From Gemmatimonadales bacterium (GTDB taxonomy: Bacteria; Gemmatimonadota; Gemmatimonadetes; Gemmatimonadales; GWC2-71-9): a DNA stretch of 64,000 nucleotides. Numbering within the stretch: position 1 is the stretch's first letter; each line of letters begins with the position of its first letter. Position numbers and translations under genes: made by a program. Of this stretch, positions 38,405 through 48,230 are shown one piece after another. The stretch lies in contig JBBCJC010000001.1 in NCBI GenBank assembly GCA_037189525.1, positions 384,001 to 448,000 of the forward strand, in the 5' to 3' direction. The notes under the pieces are model-generated. The model had not been told where the DNA came from. It worked only from the letters and a program-made list of their open reading frames with translations, and did not search any database.

Positions 38405-39088
38405 TTACCGGATCACCCCCGCCACCGACCGCATCCAATTCGACGCAACCCGGGCCAGTTCGACGATGATTTCCTGATTGGTTCGGCCGGTTCGCTTGAG
38501 CACCGCAAAGGCGTGATCGGCCCCGTCGATCTCGTGAAGCGTGGCCGTCCGGGGCAACCCGGCAACGACGCCGCGGATCAGCTCGGTCTGAGCCAGCTCG
38601 TCGCGAGTGCCCTGCAGAAAGAGCATCGGAATCCGGACCTGGCCGAGATGCTCTGCGCGACCGATGGCCGGCCGCTTGGCCGGATGCAGCGGAAAGCCCA
38701 GAAAGACGATCCCCGAAACCCCAGCCAGGGGAGAGTCGGCCTGCGCGGTCGAGGTCATCCGTCCGCCGAAGGACTTGCCACCCGCAAAGAGAGGTCGGGC
38801 ACCGGCCAGTTGCTCCGCAGCAAGGGTAACTGCGCGCACCGCCGCGGTCGCTACCGCGGGTGAGTCAGGCCGTCCTGCGCGCGCCTCCATGTAGGGGAAC
38901 TGATAGCGCAGCGTCGCGACGCCGGCTTCGGCAAACGCCAGCGCCATGGCGGCCATGAACGAGTGGGTCATCCCCGCCCCCGCTCCATGCGCGAGGACAT
39001 ACACGCAATCCGCGCCCGGGGGGTCGAGCCACAGTCCCGACACCGCCCCCTGCGGCGTCTCGATCAGAACGGGCTCGGCCGCCGTCAC
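38405..39088 (-). CDS. Alpha/beta hydrolase (KANSL3-like)
   Basis: AHGAGAG, GGKSFGG, QGTRD, DH. Confidence 0.88.
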   Translation of the reverse strand: MTAAEPVLIETPQGAVSGLWLDPPGADCVYVLAHGAGAGMTHSFMAAMALAFAEAGVATLRYQFPYMEARAGRPDSPAVATAAVRAVTLAAEQLAGARPLFAGGKSFGGRMTSTAQADSPLAGVSGIVFLGFPLHPAKRPAIGRAEHLGQVRIPMLFLQGTRDELAQTELIRGVVAGLPRTATLHEIDGADHAFAVLKRTGRTNQEIIVELARVASNWMRSVAGVIR

Positions 39089-40053
39089 TTCGTCCGCGCC
39101 AGCACGGAGTCGAGCAGGGCAATCAGCCCCGCCCGATCCAGCGTGTGTCGTTGCCGCTGATTCATTTCTACCGCGCGCTCGATCGCCCTGCGCACCGCGA
39201 AGTGCGACTGCCCCGCCGTGGGCGCCACGAGATAGCGTAGCTTGGGCGTGGCGTCGGTCAAGGCATGCTCGACCGCCTCCGCGACCTCGGTGGGCTCGGG
39301 ATAGCGCGATTCACCGGCGGGGTCGAAACTCTGGACCATGCGCTGATATTGCGCTTCGAAGCGCGATCCGGCCGTCGTCTTGTTCTGCTCCCGCCAGCGC
39401 TGCATCACGTTGGCCGACATGCTGGAGCGGTAGCGGCCCGGCTCCACCAGGCTCACACTGACGCCGAGCGGCCCCATCTCCGCGGCAAGCGCATCGGTGT
39501 ACGCCTCCATGGCGTGCTTGCTCATGGCGTAGGGCCCCGAGAACGCACCGGCGACGATGCCATTGATCGAACCGATCGTGACCAGCCGGCCCTTGTTCTC
39601 GATCACCATCGGCGCAAACGCTTTGTTGATCCGGATCGGACCATACACGTTGACATCGAACTGGAACTGGAGATCGCCCAGGTCCGCTTCGATCATCGGG
39701 GCAAAGATCGCGACTCCGGCATTGTTGACCACGCCATGGAGGCGACGGCCCTCGCGGCGGACCGTTGCCACAGCGGCATCGATGTCCGCGTCACTGGTGA
39801 CATCCAGGCGAAGTCCTTTGACATTGGGGATGGCATCCAACGCCCTGATGTCCTCGGGCGACCGCGCCCCGGCATAGACGAAATAACCCTTCCCCGCAAG
39901 GCGTTCGGTGATGGCCCGACCGATTCCCGAACTCGCCCCGGTTACCAGAATCGCCCTTCCCGCGGAGGGTGCAGCCTGGGCGTCGAGAGGCTCGACTTGA
40001 ACGGACACGAGGCTCGAGAATCCGAGAATGGATAGCAACAACCGCGTTTTCAT
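39085..40053 (-). CDS. Short-chain dehydrogenase/reductase with N-terminal signal-like sequence
   Basis: TGASSGIG, NNAG, YAMSK, EPG. Confidence 0.9.
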   Translation of the reverse strand: MKTRLLLSILGFSSLVSVQVEPLDAQAAPSAGRAILVTGASSGIGRAITERLAGKGYFVYAGARSPEDIRALDAIPNVKGLRLDVTSDADIDAAVATVRREGRRLHGVVNNAGVAIFAPMIEADLGDLQFQFDVNVYGPIRINKAFAPMVIENKGRLVTIGSINGIVAGAFSGPYAMSKHAMEAYTDALAAEMGPLGVSVSLVEPGRYRSSMSANVMQRWREQNKTTAGSRFEAQYQRMVQSFDPAGESRYPEPTEVAEAVEHALTDATPKLRYLVAPTAGQSHFAVRRAIERAVEMNQRQRHTLDRAGLIALLDSVLARTK

Positions 40054-40277
40054 CTGATGCCATTGGTTAAGGGGAGGTCCGCGTGCGAATGTTAGTAACC
40101 GGATCCCAACCCGTCGAGTGACACAGCTCCCATCGATTCGATCGGTAACCCGACCCGCCGGCGCCCGCAGGTCGGACGGAACCAGTCGCCTTGTGTACCG
40201 CAGTACCGGGCGCGAACTTGGCTTCCTACCTCCCCCGACAGGGACCAGTGCTCGCGCAGACGAACCACCACAAAGCC

Positions 40278-41078
40278 GTGAGCCGCCTCGCGCTGCTGAT
40301 GGCAACCGTAGCGCCTGTCGCGGTTGCCCAGCAGGGAGCCGCACAGACGCTGATTCACGGTACCGTGCGCGGCAGCGGGCGTCCGCTGCCCGCCGCCGAG
40401 GTGCGGCTCGACCCGGACGGCCTGTCGGCCCGTACCGACTCGTCCGGCGCCTATCGATTCACCGTTGCGAAGGGTGGCGTCACCCGACTTTTCGTGCGCG
40501 CAGTGGGATTCTACCCCGCCAGCCGCAACATCCTGGTGGTTGCAAATGACACCGTTGAAAGCGATTTCACGCTCGACCCGGTAGCGCAGCAACTGGACTC
40601 GATCAGTGTCGAAGCCCGAGGTGTTACGGTGCGCGGGAAAATGTCAGCCTTCGAGGAACGTCGGCGCACCGGCATCGGCAGGTTCTACACTCGCGAGATG
40701 CTTGCGACACGGGAACACTCGACCATGGCCGACGTACTTCGAATGACGTCAGGACTGCGGTTGATCCGGCGACCCGACGCCTGCGGCGGTGGCTTTGCGG
40801 TTGCCACGGGACGAGGAGGCGTGGTTCGATCGGAACGCTGGATGGAATGCCGCCCCAGCGGGCCCAAAATGGAACCGGCGTGTTACGTCACCCTCTACCT
40901 CGACGGCGCGAGATATTGGACGCCAGGCCAGACTCCGCCCCCCGACATCAACAGCCTCCAGGTCGGAGGCATTCAGGCCATCGAGGCCTATCGCGGCGCG
41001 GCGGAAACGCCCACCCAGTACCAGATGACCGGTACGGTCTGCGGTGTCCTTCTTCTCTGGACCCGAGACGGGTCGTAA
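40278..41078 (+). CDS. Carboxypeptidase regulatory-like plus TonB plug domain protein
   Basis: RTDSSGAYRF; FEERRRTG; LYLDG; IQAIEAYRG...CGVLLLWTR; start uncertain. Confidence 0.75.
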   Translation: MSRLALLMATVAPVAVAQQGAAQTLIHGTVRGSGRPLPAAEVRLDPDGLSARTDSSGAYRFTVAKGGVTRLFVRAVGFYPASRNILVVANDTVESDFTLDPVAQQLDSISVEARGVTVRGKMSAFEERRRTGIGRFYTREMLATREHSTMADVLRMTSGLRLIRRPDACGGGFAVATGRGGVVRSERWMECRPSGPKMEPACYVTLYLDGARYWTPGQTPPPDINSLQVGGIQAIEAYRGAAETPTQYQMTGTVCGVLLLWTRDGS

Positions 41079-41216
41079 CCGCCCCTTCTGCCCTGGCTCT
41101 GTTCCCGACCGGGCGGACCGAGTCTGGCGCCAGGTCATCGACAGGAATGGACGATTGGGTTACCATCCGGGACTGTATACAAATTGGCATCCAAACCCCG
41201 GATCGAGGTTGACCTC

Positions 41217-42848
41217 ATGCGTCGCATCCGAACGCTCACCACCCGCTTCGTCGCGGCCCTGCTGCTCGCCGCTCCGGCCGGGCTCGGCGCGCAAGCATAC
41301 GACATCGTCATTCGCAACGGCCGAGTCCTGGACGGGATGGGCAATCCCTGGGTCCATGCCGATATCGGGATTCGGGACGGCAAGATCGCGGCAATCGGCC
41401 GGATCACCACCAAGGGCACCCGGGAAATCGACGCGTCCGGCAAATACGTCACCCCCGGCTGGATCGACATGATGGACCAGTCCGGCGGCGTCCTGCTCCG
41501 GAACGGTCTGGCCGAAAACAAGGTGCTCCAGGGTGTCACCACCGCCATCGGCGGCGAAGGCGGCTTTCCGGTTTCCGCCAGCGAAATCCCGAAGTACTTC
41601 CAGACCCTGGAGAGCCAGGGCATCAGCATCAACTTCGGCTCCTACTACAGCCAGACCCAGGCCCGGACGCCCGTCCTGGGTGGCTCGACCCGGCGCGAGC
41701 CCACTCCGGCGGAACTGGTGCGGATCCGCGCCTCGATCGATTCCGCCATGCGCGCCGGCGCGATGGGGATGACCACGGCCCTGATCTATCCGCCCAGCAG
41801 CTACACCACGACGCCCGAACTGATCGAGAGCGCCAAGGCCATCGCGCCCTATGGCGGAACCTACGCCAGCCACATCCGCGGTGAAGGCGCCGAACTGCTC
41901 GAGGCCATCGGCGAAGCCATCGAGATCGGTGAAAAGGCCGGCGTGGCGGTCGAGGTCTTCCACCTCAAGGCTGCGTACCAGCCGGGGTGGGGCAAGCTGA
42001 TGCAGGGCGCCTTCGATCTGATCGAATCCGCTCGTGCACGCGGCATCGACGTCGCCGCCGACCAGTACCCCTACACCGCCGGTGGTACCGGACTCGAAGC
42101 CACTATCCCCTCCTGGGCCTTCGAGGGCGGTCGTGATTCGCTGCGCGCCCGGCTCACCAATCCCCAGATCCGGGCCCGGCTCAAAGGCGAACTCAAGACG
42201 GGGTCGCCGGGATGGTGGAACATCACCGAAGCGGCCGGCGGCTGGGACGGTGTGGTGCTGACGGCGGCGCGGAGCCAGCAGTATGAGCAGTACCAGGGTA
42301 AGAGCATCGCGGCCACTGCCAAGGAACTGGGCAAGGACCCCGCCGATGTGGCGTGGGACATGGTGCTTGCCGGGCAGGGACGGGTCATGGCCATCTATCA
42401 CATGATGAGTGAAGAAGACGTCAAGACCGCGCTTCGCTTCCCCTGGGTCAGCATCGGCAGCGACGCGGGCGCGTCGCTCTCGCTGGGCGCGACCGAAGCC
42501 GCCGGCCTGGCCCATCCACGCGGCTACGGTACGCACCCGCGGATCATCGCGAAGTACGTCCGGGACGACAAAGTCCTGACCCTGCCGGATGCGATTCGTA
42601 AGATGACGTCCTGGCCGGCCACCCGGATGAAGCTGGCCAACCGCGGATCGCTGGTGGTGGGCAACTGGGCCGACATCGTGGTTTTCGACTACGACACGAT
42701 TCAGGACGGGGCCACCTGGGAAGAGCCCACCAAGCTGCCGACGGGCATCGACTATGTGCTCGTCAACGGTAAAGTGGCCGCCGAGCACGGCAAGCACAGC
42801 GGCGTTCGATCCGGAATGGTCCTGTACGGACCCGGGAAACAGCCCTGA
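41217..42848 (+). CDS. N-acyl-D-amino acid deacylase family
   Basis: NGRVLDG, SHIRGE, FHLK, DQYPY, IGSD, HPRGYGT, RKMTS. Confidence 0.9.
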   Translation: MRRIRTLTTRFVAALLLAAPAGLGAQAYDIVIRNGRVLDGMGNPWVHADIGIRDGKIAAIGRITTKGTREIDASGKYVTPGWIDMMDQSGGVLLRNGLAENKVLQGVTTAIGGEGGFPVSASEIPKYFQTLESQGISINFGSYYSQTQARTPVLGGSTRREPTPAELVRIRASIDSAMRAGAMGMTTALIYPPSSYTTTPELIESAKAIAPYGGTYASHIRGEGAELLEAIGEAIEIGEKAGVAVEVFHLKAAYQPGWGKLMQGAFDLIESARARGIDVAADQYPYTAGGTGLEATIPSWAFEGGRDSLRARLTNPQIRARLKGELKTGSPGWWNITEAAGGWDGVVLTAARSQQYEQYQGKSIAATAKELGKDPADVAWDMVLAGQGRVMAIYHMMSEEDVKTALRFPWVSIGSDAGASLSLGATEAAGLAHPRGYGTHPRIIAKYVRDDKVLTLPDAIRKMTSWPATRMKLANRGSLVVGNWADIVVFDYDTIQDGATWEEPTKLPTGIDYVLVNGKVAAEHGKHSGVRSGMVLYGPGKQP

Positions 42849-42933
42849 TACGAACTGCGTTTCATCCGTCCGGCGTCACGGTGGCGCCGGACGGAACCTC
42901 TCATCAGCACCTCCGATTCTCACGGACCCACCC

Positions 42934-43950
42934 ATGAAACGGCGCACGTTCATTCGGAACCTGTCCTCCGCAGGCATCGTGATGGGTAGCACGCTGCCGC
43001 TTGCATTGACTCGGCGGACTAAACGGTTCCCTGCCCCGAAGCTCGACGCGCACGCCCACAGCATGAGTCCGGCTGTCGTCGACATGATTGCCAAGCTGAG
43101 CGGCGGACGCAGTCCGGTCACGGCTCGCGACGGAGCCGCGATCCTGGCCGAACTCGATCGCGACGGCATCGAACGGGCACTGGTACTGTCGACCGCGTAC
43201 CTGCATGCCAATGATCTCCGGCCGGCCGAGGGTACCCCGTCGTTCGAGAGCGAGTGGGCGGCGGTACGGGCGGACAATGATTACGCAGCAAGCGAGGCAC
43301 AAAAGTCGAATGGTCGGCTGCTGCCGTTTGCCGGCATCAATCCCAAACGGCCGTACGCCCTGGAGGAGATTGCCCGAACAGCCGACCAACTCGCCATCCG
43401 CGGCCTCAAGCTGCATTTCTGGAACTCCGATGTGCGCCTCCGCAACCCGGAGCACACCGCCGCGGTCCGGAAGGTGTTCGAGCTCGCGGCCGATCGTAAT
43501 CTTCCGATCGTCGCCCACATCTTCAACGGTTTCGTGCGCGACTTCGGACCGCCCGATATCGAGATCCTGCTCCGCGATCTGGTCGACCCGACTCCGAACC
43601 TCCGGCTCTGCGTTGCCCACCTGGCAGGAGCAGGCGGCTCGGACGAGCGGGTGGTCGCGTCGCTGCGCGCGCTGGTCGACGGCGTTGACGCATCTCCCAC
43701 CCGACGGGAACGGATCATGGTGGAGTGCTCCGGCGTATTCATGACCGAAGCGGAAGGGCCGCTCAAGCCGATCACCCCCGAGCGCAAACCCGAGTTCGCT
43801 GCCCTGCTCCGCCAGCTTGGCACCGATCGGATCCTCTGGGGCAGCGACAATTTGCCCCACGCCTTCCGTCAGATCGAAGGCGCCTGGCCGCTCGACGCCG
43901 ACGAGTGGGCCACGATCGCCGCCAATGACGGTCGCGCCCTCTGGCGCTGA
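42934..43950 (+). CDS. Amidohydrolase_2 family protein, Tat-like signal
   Basis: KRRTFI; DAHAH, GLKLH, AHLAG, WGSD. Confidence 0.85.
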   Translation: MKRRTFIRNLSSAGIVMGSTLPLALTRRTKRFPAPKLDAHAHSMSPAVVDMIAKLSGGRSPVTARDGAAILAELDRDGIERALVLSTAYLHANDLRPAEGTPSFESEWAAVRADNDYAASEAQKSNGRLLPFAGINPKRPYALEEIARTADQLAIRGLKLHFWNSDVRLRNPEHTAAVRKVFELAADRNLPIVAHIFNGFVRDFGPPDIEILLRDLVDPTPNLRLCVAHLAGAGGSDERVVASLRALVDGVDASPTRRERIMVECSGVFMTEAEGPLKPITPERKPEFAALLRQLGTDRILWGSDNLPHAFRQIEGAWPLDADEWATIAANDGRALWR

Positions 43951-43974
43951 ACCCGCTTCCATTCCCCGAAAAGC

Positions 43975-44008
43975 AAACGTCCCCCTCGGAACTTCGAGGG
44001 GGACGTTT
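43975..44008. terminator. Bidirectional terminator
   Basis: Perfect 14-bp inverted repeat AAACGTCCCCCTCG/CGAGGGGGACGTTT between convergent genes. Confidence 0.8.
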
Positions 44009-44029
44009 CACAACCGGACCGACCGCCCG

Positions 44030-45148
44030 CTATTTCGATCCCCGCGCCTTCCAGGCAGCAATGACCTTCGCATCCCGCTCCAGATTGAGCGGCAGCTTGT
44101 CACGCTCCGCCTGCGGCAGCGACTGGAACCACTCGAGCGTGTCGACCGCAGTCACCGCGAGCGGACGGAAGGTGAGCCCTGCCGCCACCGCTTTGTGCGA
44201 TCGTACGTTCATGATACCCCGCGCCGGGCTGGCCGGCGGAACCACCAACTGATAGCGCGCCTTCTGCTCCGTCAGAAACGGCTCGTCGATCCAGGTGAAC
44301 GACGTCCGCGCCTGCGTGGTGGCCCGAATGCCGTAGAGAAACTCTGCCATCGTCGTCGGATCGAGCGTCGGGCCCGCCGTGTTGTAGATACCGGCGTTGT
44401 TCCGTTCCACCGAATGAATCGTGAACTCGGCCAGATCGCGCACGTCGATGAACTGGACCGGCGCCGACTGCGGCCCGGGAGCGACGATATCGCCACCGGC
44501 ATTGATCCGGACCGGCCAGTAGGTGAACCGGTTGGTCGGATCACCGGGGCCTGCCACGATGTGAAGCCGCAGGACGGTGCCGCGTGACTTGAAGCGGTCC
44601 ATCACCGCGTTCTCGCAAAGCACCTTGAGCGCGCCGTAGTGCTTGTTGACGTCTTCGCTGCCGGGCTCGGTCAGTTCGAGCAGCTTGGCAGTTTCCGGTA
44701 ACGCGTCCTGATCGGGCGCATAGACCGATCCGGTCGAGATGAACAGGTACCGGCCCACAGCCTGATCGAGGAGCTTGGCGGAGTCGATGACATGCCGCGG
44801 CACATAGCCGCTGTTGTCGATCACCGCATCCCACTTCTTGCCCTTGAGCGACTCCAGGTTGCCATCCCGGTCGCCGGTCAGCAATTCAGCGCCAGGGAAA
44901 AGATCCGCGTTGCTCCGGCCCCGATTGAACAGCGTGACCTGATGGCCGCGGTACATGGCATACCGCACCATGTGCGGGCCGATGAAGCCCGTTCCACCCA
45001 GAAACAGGAGCCGAAGCGACTTCGACGGACTCGGCACTGCGACCAACGGCCGCGCTTCAGCCGCGAGCGGCCGAATGTGAGGGATTGCAAGCGCTCCGGC
45101 CGTCGCGCCGAGAGAGCTGTTCAAGAACTGTCGGCGTGTCCACGCCAT
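44030..45148 (-). CDS. NAD-dependent epimerase/dehydratase with Tat signal
   Basis: TRRQFL; LGGTGFIG; YGALK. Confidence 0.88.
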   Translation of the reverse strand: MAWTRRQFLNSSLGATAGALAIPHIRPLAAEARPLVAVPSPSKSLRLLFLGGTGFIGPHMVRYAMYRGHQVTLFNRGRSNADLFPGAELLTGDRDGNLESLKGKKWDAVIDNSGYVPRHVIDSAKLLDQAVGRYLFISTGSVYAPDQDALPETAKLLELTEPGSEDVNKHYGALKVLCENAVMDRFKSRGTVLRLHIVAGPGDPTNRFTYWPVRINAGGDIVAPGPQSAPVQFIDVRDLAEFTIHSVERNNAGIYNTAGPTLDPTTMAEFLYGIRATTQARTSFTWIDEPFLTEQKARYQLVVPPASPARGIMNVRSHKAVAAGLTFRPLAVTAVDTLEWFQSLPQAERDKLPLNLERDAKVIAAWKARGSK

Positions 45149-45325
45149 TTCCTGCCTCCGTCAAATGTGGGATAATCTCTACTTTACGGAATGCAGTCGG
45201 GATTTGTGTCGCCGTCACCGGGAAAACGCCGGTACCTGATCGACGTCGGCAACGCACTACCCCTCGATGAATCACAAATCCGATCTGCCGGTGCTTCGAA
45301 CGTCAGATCGGATCGCCATCTGCCG

Positions 45326-46528
45326 CTAGCCAGAAAGCTCAGCGGCCAGCACCTCGGCAAGGATGTCGAGCCCCGCCACGATCCGGTCCTCGGGCATGCT
45401 CGAGTAGTTGAGCCGCATCGTATTCTCACCCCCGCCGACGGCGTGGAACGGCGCACCCGGCACGAACGCGACATTCCGCTCGAGCGCCCGGTTCATCAGG
45501 ATGCGCGTGTCGACGCCCTGCGGCAGCTCGGCCCAGGTAAACATCCCGCCCGCCGGCCGATTGTACTTGACGGACTTGGGAAACTTCTCGGCCATGACCC
45601 CGAGCATCAGGTCCCGGCGGCTCCGATACAACGAGCGGATCCGCGCGATGTGATCCTCGATATCGTACATTTCGAGATACTCGTTGAGTTCTGCCTGTGC
45701 CAACGAGTTGGTGTGCAGGTCGGCGTTACCCTTGAGGATATTGAAGCGGGCAATCACCTCGCTGCTCGCGGCGAGCCAGCCGATCCGGAACCCTGGACAG
45801 AAAATCTTGGAGAAGGTGCCCAGGAAGAGCACCCGTCCTTCGGTATCGAAGGCCTTGATTGGCGGCACGTGCTCCCCTTCGAAGCGCAGGGCGCCGTAGG
45901 GACTGTCCTCGACCACGATGAGATCGTACCGGTTGGCAATTTCCACCAGTGCCTTACGCCGTTCGAGCGACCAGGTCTTGCCGGTCGGGTTCTGAAAATC
46001 CGGCACGACGTAGATGATCCGGCTGCGCGGATTACTCTCGAGCACAGCCAGCAACTCGTCCATCACCATCCCGTCGTCGTCCATCGCGACGTCGGCAAAG
46101 CCGGCCTGAAACGAGTTGAAGGCTGCGGTTGCGCCGAGGTAGGTGGGACGCTCACAGATCACGACGTCGCCCGGATCGAGAAAGAGCTTGGCTGCAAACT
46201 CGAGCCCCTGTTGCGACCCGCTCAGCACCAGGATGTTGTCGCCCTCGGTCGGGGCGCCGGCCGCCGTCATGCGCGCGGCAATCTTACTCCGAAGCGCCGG
46301 GTTGCCGGCCGTGTCGTTGTACTGCAGCGCGGATCGCCCGTACTTTTCGAGTGTCTGTACCGCCGCCGCCTGCAGCTCAGCAACCGGAAACAATTCCGCC
46401 GCCGGCAATCCGCCCGCAAAGGAAATCATGCCGGGGCGCAGAGTCACCCGTGCAAACTCGCGCAGAATCGAAGGACCAACCCCGTCCATCCGGCTCGCGT
46501 ATCGCAGTGTCGACGCCAACTCCGTCAT
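45326..46528 (-). CDS. PLP-dependent aminotransferase class I/II (LysN/MocR-like, no HTH)
   Basis: ISFAGGLP, FQNPTG, EDSPY, GTFSK...PGFRIG. Confidence 0.92.
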   Translation of the reverse strand: MTELASTLRYASRMDGVGPSILREFARVTLRPGMISFAGGLPAAELFPVAELQAAAVQTLEKYGRSALQYNDTAGNPALRSKIAARMTAAGAPTEGDNILVLSGSQQGLEFAAKLFLDPGDVVICERPTYLGATAAFNSFQAGFADVAMDDDGMVMDELLAVLESNPRSRIIYVVPDFQNPTGKTWSLERRKALVEIANRYDLIVVEDSPYGALRFEGEHVPPIKAFDTEGRVLFLGTFSKIFCPGFRIGWLAASSEVIARFNILKGNADLHTNSLAQAELNEYLEMYDIEDHIARIRSLYRSRRDLMLGVMAEKFPKSVKYNRPAGGMFTWAELPQGVDTRILMNRALERNVAFVPGAPFHAVGGGENTMRLNYSSMPEDRIVAGLDILAEVLAAELSG

Positions 46529-47652
46529 CCCAATACCTCCGTAAGCACTCGCTCGAAATTCCGGCCGGTAATCTTGTCCACCTGATCGGCCGAGTAACCC
46601 CGTTTGCGCAACCCGTCGGCCAGGACCAGCATCCGATCAGGCCCATTGAGTTCCGCCGGCCTGACGTGCGTCGGAATCTGCTCCGACCCCGGCCGATCCC
46701 GGTTATTTTCCATGTACCACCGCATCCCGGCAAGTTCCTGCTCGAGCGATGCGACACCGAGCGCCGGACCATCGCTCGCAAACCCGACATGATCCACACC
46801 GGCCAGCTTGACCGCGTGGTCGATGTGGCGGATCACCGTGTCCACCGATGCGGTCGGGTCGCGCGTCAGCCACAATGACATCGAGAAGACGCCGAAGAAG
46901 CCCCCTCGATCCGCCAGGAGCCGGATTTCCGGATCGGCCTTGCAGCGCAACGTCGAGTACAGCGCGCGACACCCGGCATGCGTTACCAGACACGGCTTGG
47001 ACGACCGGGCAACGGCCTCGCGCAGAGTTCGATCGCTGCAATGGGACAGATCGATCCCCATCCCGAGTCGGTTCATCTCGGTCACCACATCTTCGCCGAG
47101 ACGACTGAGGCCGGCATCACTGCGCTCCTGATAGGAGTCGCCCACACCGTTTCGATCGTTGTGCGCCAGCTGGAGCATCCGAAGGCCCATGCCGTGGAAG
47201 CTCCGGAGCGTAGCCAGGTTCGCATCATTGACCGACCGCGAGGGCGAGCCCAAAATGGCCGCATCCTGGCAGGTCAGCACGATGCCCAGCTTACCGGATG
47301 CCGCAGCGGCATCGAAGTCGGCGCCGCGCCGGATCAGGTGGAACCGGCTGGCGGGGTCACTCACGGCCGCTCCCCATGCACCAAGCGTCTCGAAGGCCAC
47401 CGGCATGGTGCGCGGATACATCGACAGGTCGATGACCAGGCTGGTAAAACCGCCGGCTAGCGCCTTCGCGGCATCGAATCGCGGCGAGTCGATTGCCAGG
47501 CAGTCGATCCGCGAAGGTCGCACCTGCGGAGCTACGGATGCAGCCGCAACACCATCGGCACGGGCAGCCATCAACCCCGCTCCAGCCAGCGCTGCCTGAC
47601 GGACAAAATCCCGCCGGGTCGACCCGAAGTTATCGTTGGCCTTTTGTGTCAT
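46525..47652 (-). CDS. Membrane dipeptidase (M19) with Tat signal
   Basis: TRRDFV; EMNRLGMGIDLSH, THAG, DHVGFASD. Confidence 0.85.
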   Translation of the reverse strand: MTQKANDNFGSTRRDFVRQAALAGAGLMAARADGVAAASVAPQVRPSRIDCLAIDSPRFDAAKALAGGFTSLVIDLSMYPRTMPVAFETLGAWGAAVSDPASRFHLIRRGADFDAAAASGKLGIVLTCQDAAILGSPSRSVNDANLATLRSFHGMGLRMLQLAHNDRNGVGDSYQERSDAGLSRLGEDVVTEMNRLGMGIDLSHCSDRTLREAVARSSKPCLVTHAGCRALYSTLRCKADPEIRLLADRGGFFGVFSMSLWLTRDPTASVDTVIRHIDHAVKLAGVDHVGFASDGPALGVASLEQELAGMRWYMENNRDRPGSEQIPTHVRPAELNGPDRMLVLADGLRKRGYSADQVDKITGRNFERVLTEVLG

Positions 47653-48218
47653 GCCGGAAGCTCCTGATGAAGCCAACCTTTGGCCTTGACCCAGTCTCGG
47701 CGGACCGTCCTGGTCGTTAGGCCGAGCGCAGCTGCCGTCTCCTCTTCCGTCATACCGCCGAAAAAGCGGTACTCGACCACCTGGCTGAGCCGAGGATTCA
47801 ACTTGGCAAGCTTTTCCAATGCATCGTCGAGCGCCACCAGCACCCCGGCCCGCTCCTCGACCTCGATCTCGACATCGTCGAGTTCCAACCGATTCCAGCC
47901 GCCACCGCGTTTGGCAGCGCCGACCTTGCGTGCATGGTCGATCAAGATTCGACGCATGACACGAGACGCCACCGCGAAGAACTGAGCCCGGTTGATCCAG
48001 TCCACCCGAGTCTGATCGACCAGCTTGAGCCAAGCCTCATGCACCAGCGCATTGGTGGCGAGAGTATGCCCAACGGATTCACGGCTCAGATGGCGATGGG
48101 CAATCCGGCTCAACTCTTCGTAAACCAGCGGAACCAGAGCGTCGAGCGCCTCCGGTCGACCATTCCGAAAGTCGATCAGAAGCGCGGTAACCTTGGCGGT
48201 GGGAGCGCTGCTATCCAT
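47649..48218 (-). CDS. ECF-type sigma factor, kinase-associated (TIGR02999-like)
   Basis: VYEELSRIA, HTLATNALVHEAWLKL, MRRILIDHAR, RFFGG, TVRRDW. Confidence 0.92.
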   Translation of the reverse strand: MDSSAPTAKVTALLIDFRNGRPEALDALVPLVYEELSRIAHRHLSRESVGHTLATNALVHEAWLKLVDQTRVDWINRAQFFAVASRVMRRILIDHARKVGAAKRGGGWNRLELDDVEIEVEERAGVLVALDDALEKLAKLNPRLSQVVEYRFFGGMTEEETAAALGLTTRTVRRDWVKAKGWLHQELPA

Positions 48219-48230
48219 CCCGGGAAGATA

